The position numbers were made by a program, and so were the translations under genes. 64,000 bases of DNA from the human T2T-CHM13v2.0 reference genome, Homo sapiens: the NCBI RefSeq assembly GCF_009914755.1, contig NC_060928.1. One strand, written 5' to 3'. The notes under the pieces were generated by a model. That model was not told the DNA's origin. It made no database searches and saw only the letters and a list, made by a program, of their open reading frames with translations. Of the stretch, positions 13,201 to 26,360 are shown piece after piece. The number at the start of each line of letters is the position of its first letter. Position 1 is the first letter of the stretch.

Positions 13201-13719
13201 TATTTCTGAATAGTGTGCATAAGAATATATCATCATAATATGCAGCCCCTAGTGAATGATCACTTTTGCAAGGCAGTGGGTCCCAAGTTCCATGCTGTGA
13301 TGCCTCTGGTAACTGCATTCGATCTGACCCTACTTTTCCCCTCCTGAAGTTCTCAGGATGAAATCCAAGCTCCCGAGAAAGACGATCATGTTTCCCCTCA
13401 ATCTTGCCTGGTGCTTCATTCAGCTCAGCAACACCAGTCATTTTATTCCCACTGACTCCATGTCTTTGCCATGTCACTCCCTCTTTCCGACACCATGTAG
13501 GTGAATTCCTATTCAAATACCAATACTTGTGTTATGAGGTTCTCTCTGTGAGACCTTACCTGACTCTCAGGTCCTCCTTGAAAGAGAAAGAATGCATTTC
13601 CCCAATTTTTAGAGTATTTATAACCAAAGTTAGTACACCTTACAGGCTTATTCAGCTTTCTCCTATGCTAACCTACACTCTGAATATAATGCATCTCTTT
13701 CCCACAATGCATCTCTAAT

Positions 13720-13850
13720 CATTGCTCACTAGTCTGTCTTCCCCTAGTGGAAGAATTCCTTGAGAAGTGTAACTTTTCTTGTATCCCAAACACATCACAT
13801 AGCATCATAGCACACAGTAGGTATTCAATACATGTCTGTAAATAAAGCAG
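13720..13850 (+). mobile_element. L2 3' fragment
   Basis: gtctgtcttcccctag...gcacacagtaggtattcaatacatgtctgtaaataaa. Confidence 0.6.
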
Positions 13851-13899
13851 CTGATTTCAATTGCTCTCCACAGCTCTCTTAAATGGCAGATGTTCTCTT

Positions 13900-14010
13900 C
13901 TCATTTTATACACAAGGAAGTTGAGTCTTGGAGAGGGTTAGGTAGCTTGCTGGGCTACCTACAACTTTAGCCCAGAGCTCCAAACTTAAATTCCAGCTCC
14001 TTTGCACTCC
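13900..14010 (-). mobile_element. MIR fragment
   Basis: ctcattttatacacaaggaagttgagtcttggagagggttaggtagcttgc. Confidence 0.6.
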
Positions 14011-15284
14011 GTCATCATAAAGGAAGACGGTGTCAACCAGATCTGATAAGAAACACCATTGTAGATGAAAGTGTTTTCTAGCCACTTCTGCCACAGACTT
14101 TCTGGGGAAAGAACATAGTCTAAGGTGTGTGCCCTTGGTCAAGCAGGCATTGTGTATACATTTTCATCCCTACCTGTCTCATTTTCTCAACTCTCTAGCT
14201 TGATGAACCTTCTTGCCAACTGGCACCAGGCAGTAACTATATAACACATCATGTGGTCATTCCTCACATTGATTAATTTCTGCAGGTCAAGTGAGAAAGA
14301 TACTCTGGAGTTTGGCAAACTCTGTTCTTTTCACCTTGACATAGAGCTTATAAGCTGATTTGCAGAGTCTTAGAAACTAAGTATATATACAACACAAGCC
14401 CAACATTTTAATGCAAAAAGACTCTATTTAATTGCTTCTCTCAACTTAACTTTTTTTTGCTCCCTTAAAATTTCTCTATTTTTTTTTTAACTGAAAACTC
14501 CAAGTCACTCTAGTTTTTTGAACCCAGCCATGGCTAGAGCAATTTCATTTATATTTATAGCTAAATTCCAACTGCACATACTCCACACATGATTAATTCA
14601 CAGATGAAGGGCTCTGAAATTTGAATGTTCTAAGTAAGTACAAAGCAGGGCAGAGTTTAAAAATGGAAGCTGAAGCCAATAATTTGATTTTTTTTTAAAA
14701 GTCAGAAATTATAGACAGTCACTGGTTTAAAAATGTATGATCCCTTAGAAAACTACTTTCTTATGTAGTAAAGAAAAATATTAATTCTATTTTAACTAGA
14801 CAGTGGCAAGAAGCCATGTCTCAGCTTACAACTTCACTTCTTTATATCTGCTCTTGGTAGAACCCTAGTGGGAATGTTACCCTGAATTCTTTTCTGTCAA
14901 GAGGTAACTACAATATTTGGCTTTCAGGGTAAGCTGAAGTAAGAACTGCAGGTCTTGCTAGGTTTATACTGGGAACGAAATGCTTCCATTTCTCATGATG
15001 ATGTGCATATGTTTGCCCCAAGTGTTGCCTGTAAAATGTATGACCAAAGTCTAATTGCTCTACTATATTGTAAACATTTCACTTTCCTTAGGTTTCTGAA
15101 CACATAGGCATATTGGCATATGAGAGAGAGAGAACTAAAGTGCTTAACAGATTTTTCTTACACAAAGCAGCATAGCCATTACATACCTTCTACATTTGAG
15201 TAGATTAAGTTAGTACACAGAGGGCATTATTTTACTCTTTCTCCATTACATATGCATTAAGACATACCAGAAATCTTGGGAGCT

Positions 15285-15455
15285 ACCGCAGATCCAGACT
15301 GCTTAGATTCCAGCTCTACCACTCACTAGCCCTTAACTTCTGTACCTCAGTTCCCTCATTTGTAAAATGGGGATGCCAATGACTGTGCCTACTATATACA
15401 TCTGTATAAAGGGCTTAGAATGGCCTGGCAAATAGAAAACACTGAATCCATTTGA
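15285..15455 (+). mobile_element. MIR
   Basis: ccagactgcttagattccagctctaccactcactagc...tgtacctcagttccctcatttgtaaaatggggat. Confidence 0.8.
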
Positions 15456-15814
15456 ACTCTTCTTATGATCCTTATTGACAGAACTTAGAGACTAGCACAA
15501 AACACTGAAAACTAAACTGATGATGCCATGCTATTAAAGTTCCTCTGAAGTCAGAGCTACTCGAAACAGGGTTTTAAGGAATTGATAGAGCTGGTGGCTG
15601 AAACTGGCTGAGAAAATATCCGCAAGTAATATTCATATTTTCCTCCTACCTGTCAATAACTGGTGAGTGGAGAGTGCCTCCCTTTGCTCCCAATTCTGCT
15701 CCCAAGGGCGGCTCCTGGATCTTTCTGACATTGTTCTTTAACAGAGGAGAAAACATTCTCCTTTTGAGATAAAACTTTTCTGCTGTTTAATCAAGCAAGG
15801 AGTGTTAGAAGAAG

Positions 15815-16055
15815 AATCTCTGGAATCAACATGCCTAATTTCCAATCCTGGCACCACCACTTCCAAGCTCTGTGACCTTGAGCAAATTTTCTAACCTCTC
15901 TGTGTTGGGCTTTCCCAACTGTAAAATGGAGATAATGATAAAACTTGTCTGATGGGACTGTGTGAAGGCTCCATGAGTTAATACATGCCAAATACTTAGC
16001 ATTGGGTCAGTAGCACAGTAATTGCCAATAGCACGTTTTTGATTATTATTATTAT
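15815..16055 (+). mobile_element. MIR, near full length
   Basis: ctctggaatcaac...tgtgaccttgagcaaattttctaacctctctgtg...ctgtaaaatggagataatgata...atgagttaatacatg. Confidence 0.85.
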
Positions 16056-17652
16056 CTACCTTCTTGAGGTCTTGTTGGTTTGCTTGGTGTAATTTTTTCA
16101 TTCACCCAGTAAGTATTTTTGAGAGTTGACTATGTTTTGGGTTCCATGTTGTGTGCTGGGGTTACAAAGAATCTGAATTCAGGACAATTTTTATAAGATA
16201 TACAGTCATTTATATAAGATTCCAGTCTTTTTCTGTAGTCATTTATACAACTTAAAAACAACTGTGTTCTGGAACTCTACTTATAACATTTAATAACTGT
16301 AAACACATTTGTGTTTATGTTTTCAAATACCAAACCTGCAGTGTATAGCAATAGTTGGTATCTTCCTTGTAGCACTGGACTACGACATGGCTCTGCAAGT
16401 GAACACATTGAGAGACACCCCCAAGACTACCAGAGCCATCTCAAATGAGGCTCCTGCTGCCATTTCAGTTCATATGTCAACTGTCACAAAGTAGCCCCAT
16501 TCCCTTAAAAAGTGGGAGTCACTGAAGACTGTCATATCAATGGTCACTCTCCTTTCTCCTAAGACAGGTATCACTTCTCTCTCAAGTCAAGGGTCTACTT
16601 CCCAAACCCAAATGTGAAAACCCTTCTAGAATCTTGATTTCTCTATCCCTAATATCTATGGGTTATCATGTGTGGGGGAAATTCAGTATCAGCAACTTTC
16701 CTCCTTCTTTCACCCTATATTTCCCAAAATGTCACATATTCCTTTTGTCAGTGAAATTAAAACAAAATGAAATTTTGCCTAGGGACTATCTGTATTGTTA
16801 AGCAATTTTGAGAATGACTATGTAGTCTAGGTTTGAGGAGAACACACACTTTCTTTTTAACTTCTCACCTGGGATCACTCATCCATTCACTCCATAGAGT
16901 CCATTATGTCCAAGATACCTGTCTTTCAGTGGTTGCAGGGAGTAAAAGGAGGCTAGTGTTAGAAGCAGCAGCAACAGAGATCAGGTTCAGCAGGGCTTTG
17001 TTGCAACTCCAAAGTCCAGGATAATCAGATGCATATTTTAAGCATTATTATTTGGTTTTACTTAATTCATTAGTGCCCATGAATAAATTCAAATGACTTT
17101 GATTTTCCATAAATATTTTCATAAATATTTTCACATGGCCCTCCAGGAAACACATTCCAGTCAATGTTCCCCTTGCAAGTAAATATCTGGAGAAGAGCTG
17201 TGTCTATGTCTGGAGTTAACACAGGAACGGCTAGACTGAGATGCCTCACTCCCTCAGTTGATTTTCTTGGACCCTGGGGTGATTTTCATCTTTTTTTTTT
17301 TAATGTCTACGCTTATAATAAAATTTGGAAGCTATAGAGTTTTACCCCAAATCATGGTATTTACAATAAATGTGCAGTCTTTCCTCGGCTAGACTTTCCT
17401 AGACTCCTGTGCGGTCTTTCCTTCCCATGACTAGGTCTAACTATGACCCTGTCTTCTTTGTTGGAAAAGGGATCAACATATTCCCTTCCAATAGACTTGG
17501 TCACTCAATCCTGATTAAAAAATATAAGCAAAATACATGCTTTTAACCAGGTGGGAGGTGGCGTGCCATAGCAAAACAGGTGTCATCAGAACATGTTACT
17601 ATAGAGAGCTCTTACTTAGGTACTATATCCCAAGAATTCTATAAAACTAGGA

Positions 17653-17950
17653 CTTTCCTTTCATTTCTTTATTTCAGACAGGATTTCACTCTGCTGTCCA
17701 GGCTGAGTGCAGTGGCATGATCATAGTGCACTGTAACCTGAAACCCTTGGACTCAGATGATTCTTCCCCCTCAACCTCCCAAGAAGCTGGGACTACAGAG
17801 ATGCGCCACCACACCCAGATAATTTTTTATTTGTAGAGATGAGGTCTCTTTATGTTGCCCAGGCTGGTCTTGAAATCCTGGCCTCAAGTGATCCTCCCAC
17901 CTTGCCCTCCCAAAGTGTTATGTTTACAGGTGTGAGCTACCATGCCAACC
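17653..17950 (-). mobile_element. AluJ
   Basis: Diverged antisense dimer with J-type features (atcatagtgcactgtaacc, tatgttgcccaggctggtcttgaa, ctcaagtgatcctccc). Confidence 0.92.
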
Positions 17951-20900
17951 TGTACTTTACTTTTTAAAGTAAAAAAGAGTAATTTATTTTGCATGTTAAG
18001 GATACATACGCAAAGCACATGAAACTAAAAAATCTTGATGAAACAAAATACAATCCACTCTTCAGAACTGAAAAGCTACTTAAACAGATTGGTTTATTTT
18101 GGGACCAAGAAATGGAATGTGAAGTTTGAGTCCAAAGACAAAGCTTAGTTGCCGAGTGAGAAGCCCTGGACAATTCTGAATTTATGTTCACCACGCTGAT
18201 AGATATTTAGCCCGTCCTGGTCCTAATGGACTTCTGCCACCCCATTTGTGGGGTAAAGGCGGGGCTGTCCTGCACAGAAACAGCTCTGGAAGGAGATGCA
18301 AAGATGCTGCCATCATCCCAGCTAGACATCGGGTACCACTTTAGGAGATCAAAAGCCATCTGTCTGTGGGCTTTGGAAAAGAAGAGACCACTTTAATAAA
18401 GTCATCTCCAAAATACACCAGGTGTGAAGCCGCAAGCCTCAGTGACTTCCACTTTTTAAGGGAATGTGGCTACTTCACGGCAGTTGATTATATTCAGTCA
18501 TTCACGCAGCTCCCCCGAGGACAGGATTTTTATTTTTAGAGAAGCCTCCATTTGCTGACTGTCGTGAAGGGAACACTCAGGAGGAGCTATTAGCAGTCAC
18601 TTGTTTCAGTAAACACTGAATATAACATATGCCTCTCAAGTAATGTGTATCCAAACATACAATTTACAAATAATTAACATCATGTTAATTAGTCACATTA
18701 ATTTATGCCACTTTGTGGAATTATTTCCTCAGAGTGTTTAGGAACGCTGCCAGGAGCTTGAGCCAAACAGTGTGAAAATGTGCTTGAAGTTAACTGTTGT
18801 GAGTGGCTGTGAAACACAGCTTGAGCAAGTTGTTGCAGGGGCCCTGCAGCTGATAGAGCCACCGGGTCTTCCAGCTGCCCTGACTGGAGAGAACTAAGTC
18901 GCATCAGCTGCTGTCTCACCTTTCCTGACTTGCACCCTCTTTTTCATTTTTTGGCTTCTGCTAATTGTTGCTGAGTGGCCATTCTCCCCACCGCCAGCCC
19001 TGCACAAGCAGGTATACACCAGGGTGGACAGCAGGTGAACTGGGATGAGTTTTACATGTGGCAATATCGAGCTGACAATTGGCATTTGGTGATTTAAAAA
19101 CAACGATGACAACAACAACAAAGCAACAACTAGGGATCATTTCCTGTAAACGAAGTTCTGAAAAAGTAAAAATGGCAAAAGTAAGGTGTTAATATTGCCA
19201 AAGAAAGGGGAGTCCTCAGGAAGGCCTCCTCTGTCTTGAAAACATTGGCATCTGCACAAAGATCAAACCCCACTCTTCTCCAAAGTGTTTAAAGCAGGCA
19301 ACACAGCCGAGTAGTTCAGGAACAGAAAAGAAAGATCTTCAGAGGAAACAGACTTCGTAGACAAGTGCAAATTCAGTGAGGAGAACAAATGAAAGCAAAC
19401 TATAAAATTAAGTGGAAGTAAGAGTGCCTACCTCGAGGGACTTGGGCTCATTCCAGTGGACAAGAATGGGAGCCAGACAGCTTTGTTGCTTTGCTGGGTG
19501 CACCACGATTTAGGAAACAAATCTGAAATATGCCAGGATTGTTCCTTCCCAAATCCACTCACTGTCCTCGAGGAGCCCAGATGTGATTATATCTAAGGTT
19601 TCTTTGATTGGGGTAACAAATTTGGTAGGAAGAGATGAAATTCAGAGGCATTTTCTAAACCTCACATTAAAAAATCTGGAGAGCTCGGACAAGCTGTGGA
19701 ACTTGGTCGCCACTCTGTTTTAGGCATTCCAAAGGTGTTCATGATTCCAAATTAATCACAGATATCAAGACTCAAACGTCTATAAACAAGTTATATTACC
19801 AAGGTCCAAATATCGGTGCAAAGGACTTGCATGAAAATTTAGTGCAGACAAATATTTGAGGGTGAGAACCTTGAACAATATAAGGAAATTATGAACACAG
19901 AGGAAACAGTCACCCAGGAACTTCCCTGACACTCTGTATGTTTGTGAAAATAAGGAGATTGGAGTTGATTTTTCCCTCCCTCCAAATCCCTGTTTTGTCT
20001 GTTGATTTTTGCAGAATAGGTCATTGCAAGCTGTGCTACCCCATCCGAATCATGGGAAATTTAGAGTAAGGCAGGGGAAAAATGATAAAGAGTGTGGAAG
20101 GGCACTGGAGAGGCAACTATGAGATAGTAACACCCAGCATCAGCCCCATCCTTATGGAGTTGAGTAATCCCATAGGAGAAGCAGGTCGGTGCATGAAGAA
20201 AAGCAAGTTAAAATTTGATATAAATGCCAACAAAGCATGCCAAAAAGGAGTTCTAGAAAATGTGTTGTGGGACTCAAAGGAAGCCCTGGTCCATTCAGGA
20301 AGTTAGGAAAATTTAGCCAACCAAAGTTTAAGTTTCTTTCCTGATATCTGTCCCTTGCTATCTTAAGAGATAAATGTAGAACTCTGTTTCCAAGTGGACA
20401 CATTGATATGTGAAAGAATAGGGCATTTTTCCCTATAAGAAACCCTTGACTTATTAGTATGAGACTCATGTTAAGTCTATAACTTCCTCAAAAGTCTTGG
20501 TTAATAACAATACGTTTTTAAGGGTTACTTTTAAAATTTTATTTAGGCACTATTTGATTCACGTTAACTTCCCTTCAATTTGGTTCTCTTTAATATTTAT
20601 CCAATAATGTTTCAGAATCCCAAAGATGTGAATACATGAAAGCTCTTCCCTAATGTCCACGAAACCATTGAGAATACAAAAGCAGAAAAAAAAAATTATC
20701 CTAGGGTTTAAGGACGTTTTGAAACTTCAAAGAGATTCGAACGAAATCTGCACCTATTTTGCCCGATCTGAAATTGCACTCGGCAGGAAGAAGCACTTCT
20801 CCCCATGCAGAAATCTGAAAATGCATTTGAAAAAATAGATCCATATTTTAATTAAAAGGGGCCATTCTGAGCCCAGCATGTGGAAGCACCGCATTAATAT

Positions 20901-21502
20901 TTGTGACACTAGCCATGGGGGACAGAGAGGCCAAGAGGGTCTTCCATCAGCAGCAGGAGGTCAAGGTTGATCTTTCTTGAAATCCAGATTCTCACAGACA
21001 TGAAGGGGTCTGTTTATGCTTCAAAGCACTACCCAAGGACAAGGCACGCTGATGGCAGGTCTGGAGACCTGCCAGGGGAGCTGTGGCAGGATCAGAGTTT
21101 AATCAGGGGAGTGTTTCTGATGAAGAGAAATGCTCATGGGTGTAGATGAGTGCAGCAGTGTGTGTGAGAGACAGCCAGGGACGACCCCACCCATCACAAA
21201 CACATTAATAACCCACAATCGTCCGTTACACAAATTTTAAAATGAGTGTCATTTGCTCCACAGACTCCAGAAAGTCTTATGGACTACTGAATATCAATGA
21301 CATTTATTGGCATTATCTGTTTGATGGAGTGCAACAGTCATCAAACAGCCCCATATTTGGCATTTAACAAAAATGAACACATGGAGCCAGCTTGTGGTAG
21401 CCCCTCCTCGATGCCACAAAGTGGACACCAGCTTATGGCCAGTAGCCAGTCTTGGCATGCTCAATACTGCCAGAGTGATAGACATGTGTATTTCAAACAT
21501 AG

Positions 21503-21904
<402 letters not shown>

Positions 21905-22130
21905 CAAGAAAACGTCCTTTAAAAATGTAATCTTGTTCCTAAAGGTTGGGTTTCATATTGCCTTAATTTGTTTCTTAACTGAATGCCATAAGCAAGCCCT
22001 GATATTTGGGTTCTGAGTACCACAGAGTAGAAAAGCAGGGAGTCAGAAGGAGAGCACAGTATTTAGGAGTCCTGTAGCGCAGCCCCTTCTCTGGCAAGTG
22101 CAGGACAACTCAGTCTAAGTTGCACTGGAG

Positions 22131-22989
22131 CTGTGCTGTCCAATACGCCAGCCACCAGCCACACGTGGTCATGAACACTTGAAATGTGACTAGTGCCACT
22201 GAGGAACTGAATTTAAAATTTTAGTTCATTTTAACTCTTGTAAAGTTAAATTTAAAAACGGAAGCAGCTCAAAATACTTTTCCACCAAGCATGACTTTAT
22301 GGTGTCGGCAAGATGACATTTCCATTTAACTATTTCATTACATAAGATGTTATTGTCATTTGCAGTGAGTGTGTTGAATACACACATGCTTTGTATTATT
22401 AGACATAAACACATCATGCCAATGTAAGTTTAGTCCCCGTAAACAGATTGATTCAGCGTGATTTTTTTTCTTTGTACTATATAACATTGTAATGTGCTTC
22501 CTTTAATATATGATGGAAACAGCATAATTTATGAGGATACCTATGTAAATCATAATTGATAATTAAATTAAAATTATTGTTTTAATTATAAATTATTAAC
22601 TTAAGTTCTAACAAGTAAGTATAGACATGTTTTGAAATTTAGTGCTGTTGAAAAATTGAGGTGAGAATCACAAGCCTATTCTAGAACTGAGATAATTAAG
22701 GTAAAACAGATTAGAGGAAGGAATATCACAAAACTCAGTAGGAATGTCAACTATAATTTCCTGCAGAAGAACACAACAAAGCTGTTTGTTGGGTTGAAAC
22801 ATTTAAAGGTAATGAAGCGGACAATATAAAGAGATATTTTCAGCAAAAACAGTACATTTGAAAAGACATTTCTTCTCAACACTCAACACAAAAAGGCTGT
22901 TACTGGGAAATGTGGTTCCTAGAATGTGGTTACTAAAAAATTTAAAATTATACATGTGGTTGGCATTATCTATCTGCTGGATAGTGCCA
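22131..22989. mobile_element. hAT-Charlie DNA transposon derivative (MER3/MER33/Charlie5-like)
   Basis: Left end ctgtgctgtccaatacg...agccacacgtgg...cacttgaaatgtgactagt; right end atgtggttactaaaaaatttaaaattatacatgtgg...tggatagtgc; AT-rich interior. Confidence 0.7.
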
Positions 22990-23132
22990 TGATGCCAATC
23001 AATACTCAAGCTTCGAATATGTCCAGAATCAGTCCCATCATCATCATTATTACCCTGTGATCATTACCTATCACCTCTCATTTGCTGTCACCACCTAATT
23101 GGTCGTGATGAACTAAAATTTAAAATTCACCA

Positions 23133-23490
23133 GTCACCACCTAACTGGTCTCCTGGATTTGATCCTGCCTCCTTGTCATCCATTATCTATGCAGCAGCCA
23201 GCGTGATCTTTTAGAAATGGAAATCAGATCTTAGTTTCATCAAACTTGGAAAATACACAAGTCTGCCACAAAGCCTACAAGGCCCTACATTATCTGACCA
23301 CTGTTGTCATATCTAATCACTTTTTTCACTCTCTCCCCACAACTGCCCTGGCTTTCCTTCTGTTTCTTGGACCATATCAAGCTTATTCCCACCTCAGGGC
23401 CTTCGGATTTGCTGTCCTCTGCGTCTGGAACACCTTTCCCCAGTTCCTTATATATTTGTTGATTAAACGAATGAATGGATGTAGATGAAG
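23133..23490 (+). mobile_element. L2 fragment
   Basis: cctaactggtctcctg...gcagcagccagcgtgatcttttagaaatggaaatcagatc...cacctcagggccttcggatttgctgtcctctgcgtctggaacacc. Confidence 0.8.
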
Positions 23491-24244
23491 GGGTGAATTA
23501 GATTAGACATTTGAGTGTCATCCAACATTCATCCATTCATCCATTTATCTCAGTGAACACGCTTTACTTAGTCCCCACTATTTGGGAGTTGAGAAGCCAC
23601 ATATTTTAAAAACCTTCTCTCTACAGAAAATAAGAAAGACATGTTTCTGTGTGTGTTCTGTTCTCCAAAATTTTAAGAAGATGAAATTTATCTACAAATA
23701 AGTCACTGTCGCAATTTTATGTTACGAGTATATTGAAAACAAAACAAAACAAAAACTAGGGCTCAACTTGATGATGTTGTAAGCATAATATAAAAAGTTA
23801 ATGATATTAGGAGTTTCAACCTGGATTGGAAACAGAAAGACAGAAATTCCAATTCAATCAGTAGGATGGAAGAGGTCAGTATGGCAGATTCCTCTTGGGC
23901 AGGGGCTGTATCTTATTAAGTTTTCTATTCTCAGTGCCAAGTCCACAGTAAGAATTCAATAAATTCCTGCTAAATTGAAATCATCGCTTACAATAAGCCC
24001 TTAATAAGACTGTGAATTCCTTGAAGGCAGGTCTACACTGGTAGGTCTCTGCATCCTTGAGGCCTCTCTTATACCAGTGTCTCCATAATAGTTTATGTGC
24101 ATCGTGGCTAAAACCTTAAGCCTTAAACCTATCAGGAAAGTAACATAAGTAAGTGAAGTAGACCAGATGCAGACATCAGGGAGTGATGGAGTTTGGAGGA
24201 CTCAGGAGAACACACTCCATCTACAGGGACACAATGTTTCTAGA

Positions 24245-24405
24245 TCTGATTTTTTTTTTCCTAAAGCCTGAAATTTTAGATTTTTATTTGAAAGCTCCTG
24301 ATTTTTAAACATTGGCAATTAATTTAGAATGTTCAAAAGCACATTTCAGGACAAACAAATATGCAGGCCACATTTGGCCCACAGGGTGGTCCGATTGTGA
24401 CCTCA
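24245..24405. mobile_element. hAT-Charlie MER fragment (MER102-like)
   Basis: tagatttttatttgaaagctcctgatttttaaacattggcaattaatt...tgcaggccacatttggcccacagg...tgtgacctc; family from memory. Confidence 0.45.
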
Positions 24406-24449
24406 GTGTTAAAAAAAGAAAGCAGGAATAAACACTTTTTAAGCATCCA

Positions 24450-24645
24450 CCCATGTAGCCCACACTGTCTAGGTGTTTTCCATGTTCCATGTCCTTGCAT
24501 TGGCCTAACCTCCCTGAGGGGTGTATCTTTAGCTCCGTTTACAGAGGAGGACAGTAAGGCTCAGAAGGGTTAAGTAGTTTGCCCAAGGTCTCGAAACCTA
24601 AGGACTGAAAGTCAAAGCAGGAGATCTTTTTACTATATTGTGCTG
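24450..24645 (-). mobile_element. MIR
   Basis: ccgtttacagaggaggacagtaaggctcagaagggttaagtagtttgcccaaggtc. Confidence 0.8.
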
Positions 24646-25301
24646 TCTTTTAATTACAGATACTAGGCCAAGTCTTAAGCAAGAAATAAACAATCAAACA
24701 AATAAGCAAACAAACAAAATTTCTTTACTGAGAGACCCACCAAATGAGCCTGATTTTAAGGTTGGGGTTCTCTTTGAAACATGAATACGAGCACCACCTG
24801 GGGAATGTTCTCCAAAGACAGACACATTCTTACATATACGAAGGTTCTGCTCCACTTTCCTGGAGTGTATAAAGACCAAGACTGTCCTTAAATATGAAAT
24901 TGCATGTGTGGAAAAGGCCTGAGATGTACTTGGCAGCTTGATCTTTCTGTATTTGGTTTGCAAAGGCTCATTTTCCAGACATGTGTTTTTGCTTAGAAAC
25001 ACACAGAGGTGGATAAATCCCTGGGTCGGCATCCCCGGAGCCGCTCCATTAACTTTCTTGGCATGGCCTCACCACTGAAGTCAACATGACTTAAGAGTTT
25101 ATATAACATTTTATTAGGCTTTAATTCCATACTTTTCCTGAAGTTCAGTGTTCATGCGTTGGGTAGAAAATAAATGTTGCTCATAACTCAAAGACCAAAG
25201 TTTTCTAACTTTTAATTTGTTTTAAATTAACTTATTCAGCTAATTGTGATTTTAAGTAGGCAGGAGGGAGTTTTGAACACTCCTAAAGGAAAAAAAATCT
25301 A

Positions 25302-25376
25302 ATATATATGAATTACACACACACACATACATAGTTTATATATATACACACACACATATGAGTATATCTATGTGTG

Positions 25377-25409
<33 letters not shown>

Positions 25410-25414
25410 ATATG
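25302..25414. repeat. Compound (TA)n/(CA)n/(TATG)n microsatellite
   Basis: Directly visible dinucleotide runs. Confidence 0.9.
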
Positions 25415-25684
25415 TAACAAGGTAATCGGCCTTCTGAGAAAAGTGAGTGAACAGATTTCCAAAGTTCAGGAAGACAAAGAAAACAGAATTATTTTACCAC
25501 AATAGGAGTCATGTGACTCTGGAAATCACATTTGACTGGCTTTGTCTTCTGATAAATCTCTCGCTTTGTGATCCTTACAAAGGCTTTTGTAACTGTGGAG
25601 CTTTGTGTTCCCCTTAAAGAAAAAGAAGAGTGCTACCAAAACACAATTATTTGAAAATGTACTATTCATACAAAATCTTTAGAC

Positions 25685-25797
25685 CAGTGGATGTCAGCAA
25701 GAGACTATTTTGCTCCGCAGGGTACAGTTAGCAATGTCTGGAGACATTTTTGGTTGTCATGACTGAGGGACTGCTACTGGCATCTCAGGGGTAGATG
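25685..25797 (+). mobile_element. MER20 5' half (hAT-Charlie)
   Basis: gcaatgtctggagacatttttggttgtcatgactgaggg...tgctactggcatct. Confidence 0.8.
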
Positions 25798-25959
25798 TAT
25801 ACCACAACACACAGAGAAAGAATGACATAGAGATACCCTAAAGATAAAGAGATAGTGCCTACATTTTTCATCTCAGAGGGAAAAGAGGGTACATATTTCT
25901 TCTGGTTCTCTGATGCAGAATCCTATTTTGCAGTTAGATATTGGCAATGTCTCTCACAA

Positions 25960-26160
25960 TTGTAGAGAAGGCACAGAATTTGGGAAGGCTGAACACAAAA
26001 CTCATATTTTGTACTGGCCATCAAGGGGCCTTAGGCAAGGTTCACAGGCTCACTGAAACTCAATGTCCATACTTAGAAATAAGGGTAAAGAGGATGGTGA
26101 TACCTGCTCATCTGACCTCAGGAGATATTGAGAAAATCAAATCAGTTAATGACTAACAAG
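25960..26160 (+). mobile_element. MIR (diverged)
   Basis: ccttaggcaagg...ctcactgaaactcaatgtccat...gatacctgctcatctgacctcaggagatattgagaaaatcaaat. Confidence 0.55.
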
Positions 26161-26249
26161 GTACATATAGATAACCACAACCACCACCGCCATCACCACC
26201 ATCCAGGAGAACTGAAAATGTCCATATGGAAGTAGCATGGTTTCCTTTC

Positions 26250-26360
26250 TCATTTATTCATTTCTTCAGCATTTACTGTGCGCCTACTACATGCCAGGCA
26301 CCTTGCTAGGTTCTGGGGTCATAAAGATGAGGTAGACATCAAGACTTTATCTCCTTACTG
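26250..26360 (-). mobile_element. L2 3' end
   Basis: catttattcattt...catttactgtgcgcctactacatgccaggcaccttgctaggttctgggg. Confidence 0.75.

Noticed and set aside
17108-17131. Tandem CATAAATATTTT x2
   Set aside because: Ordinary short slippage duplication in AT-rich DNA.
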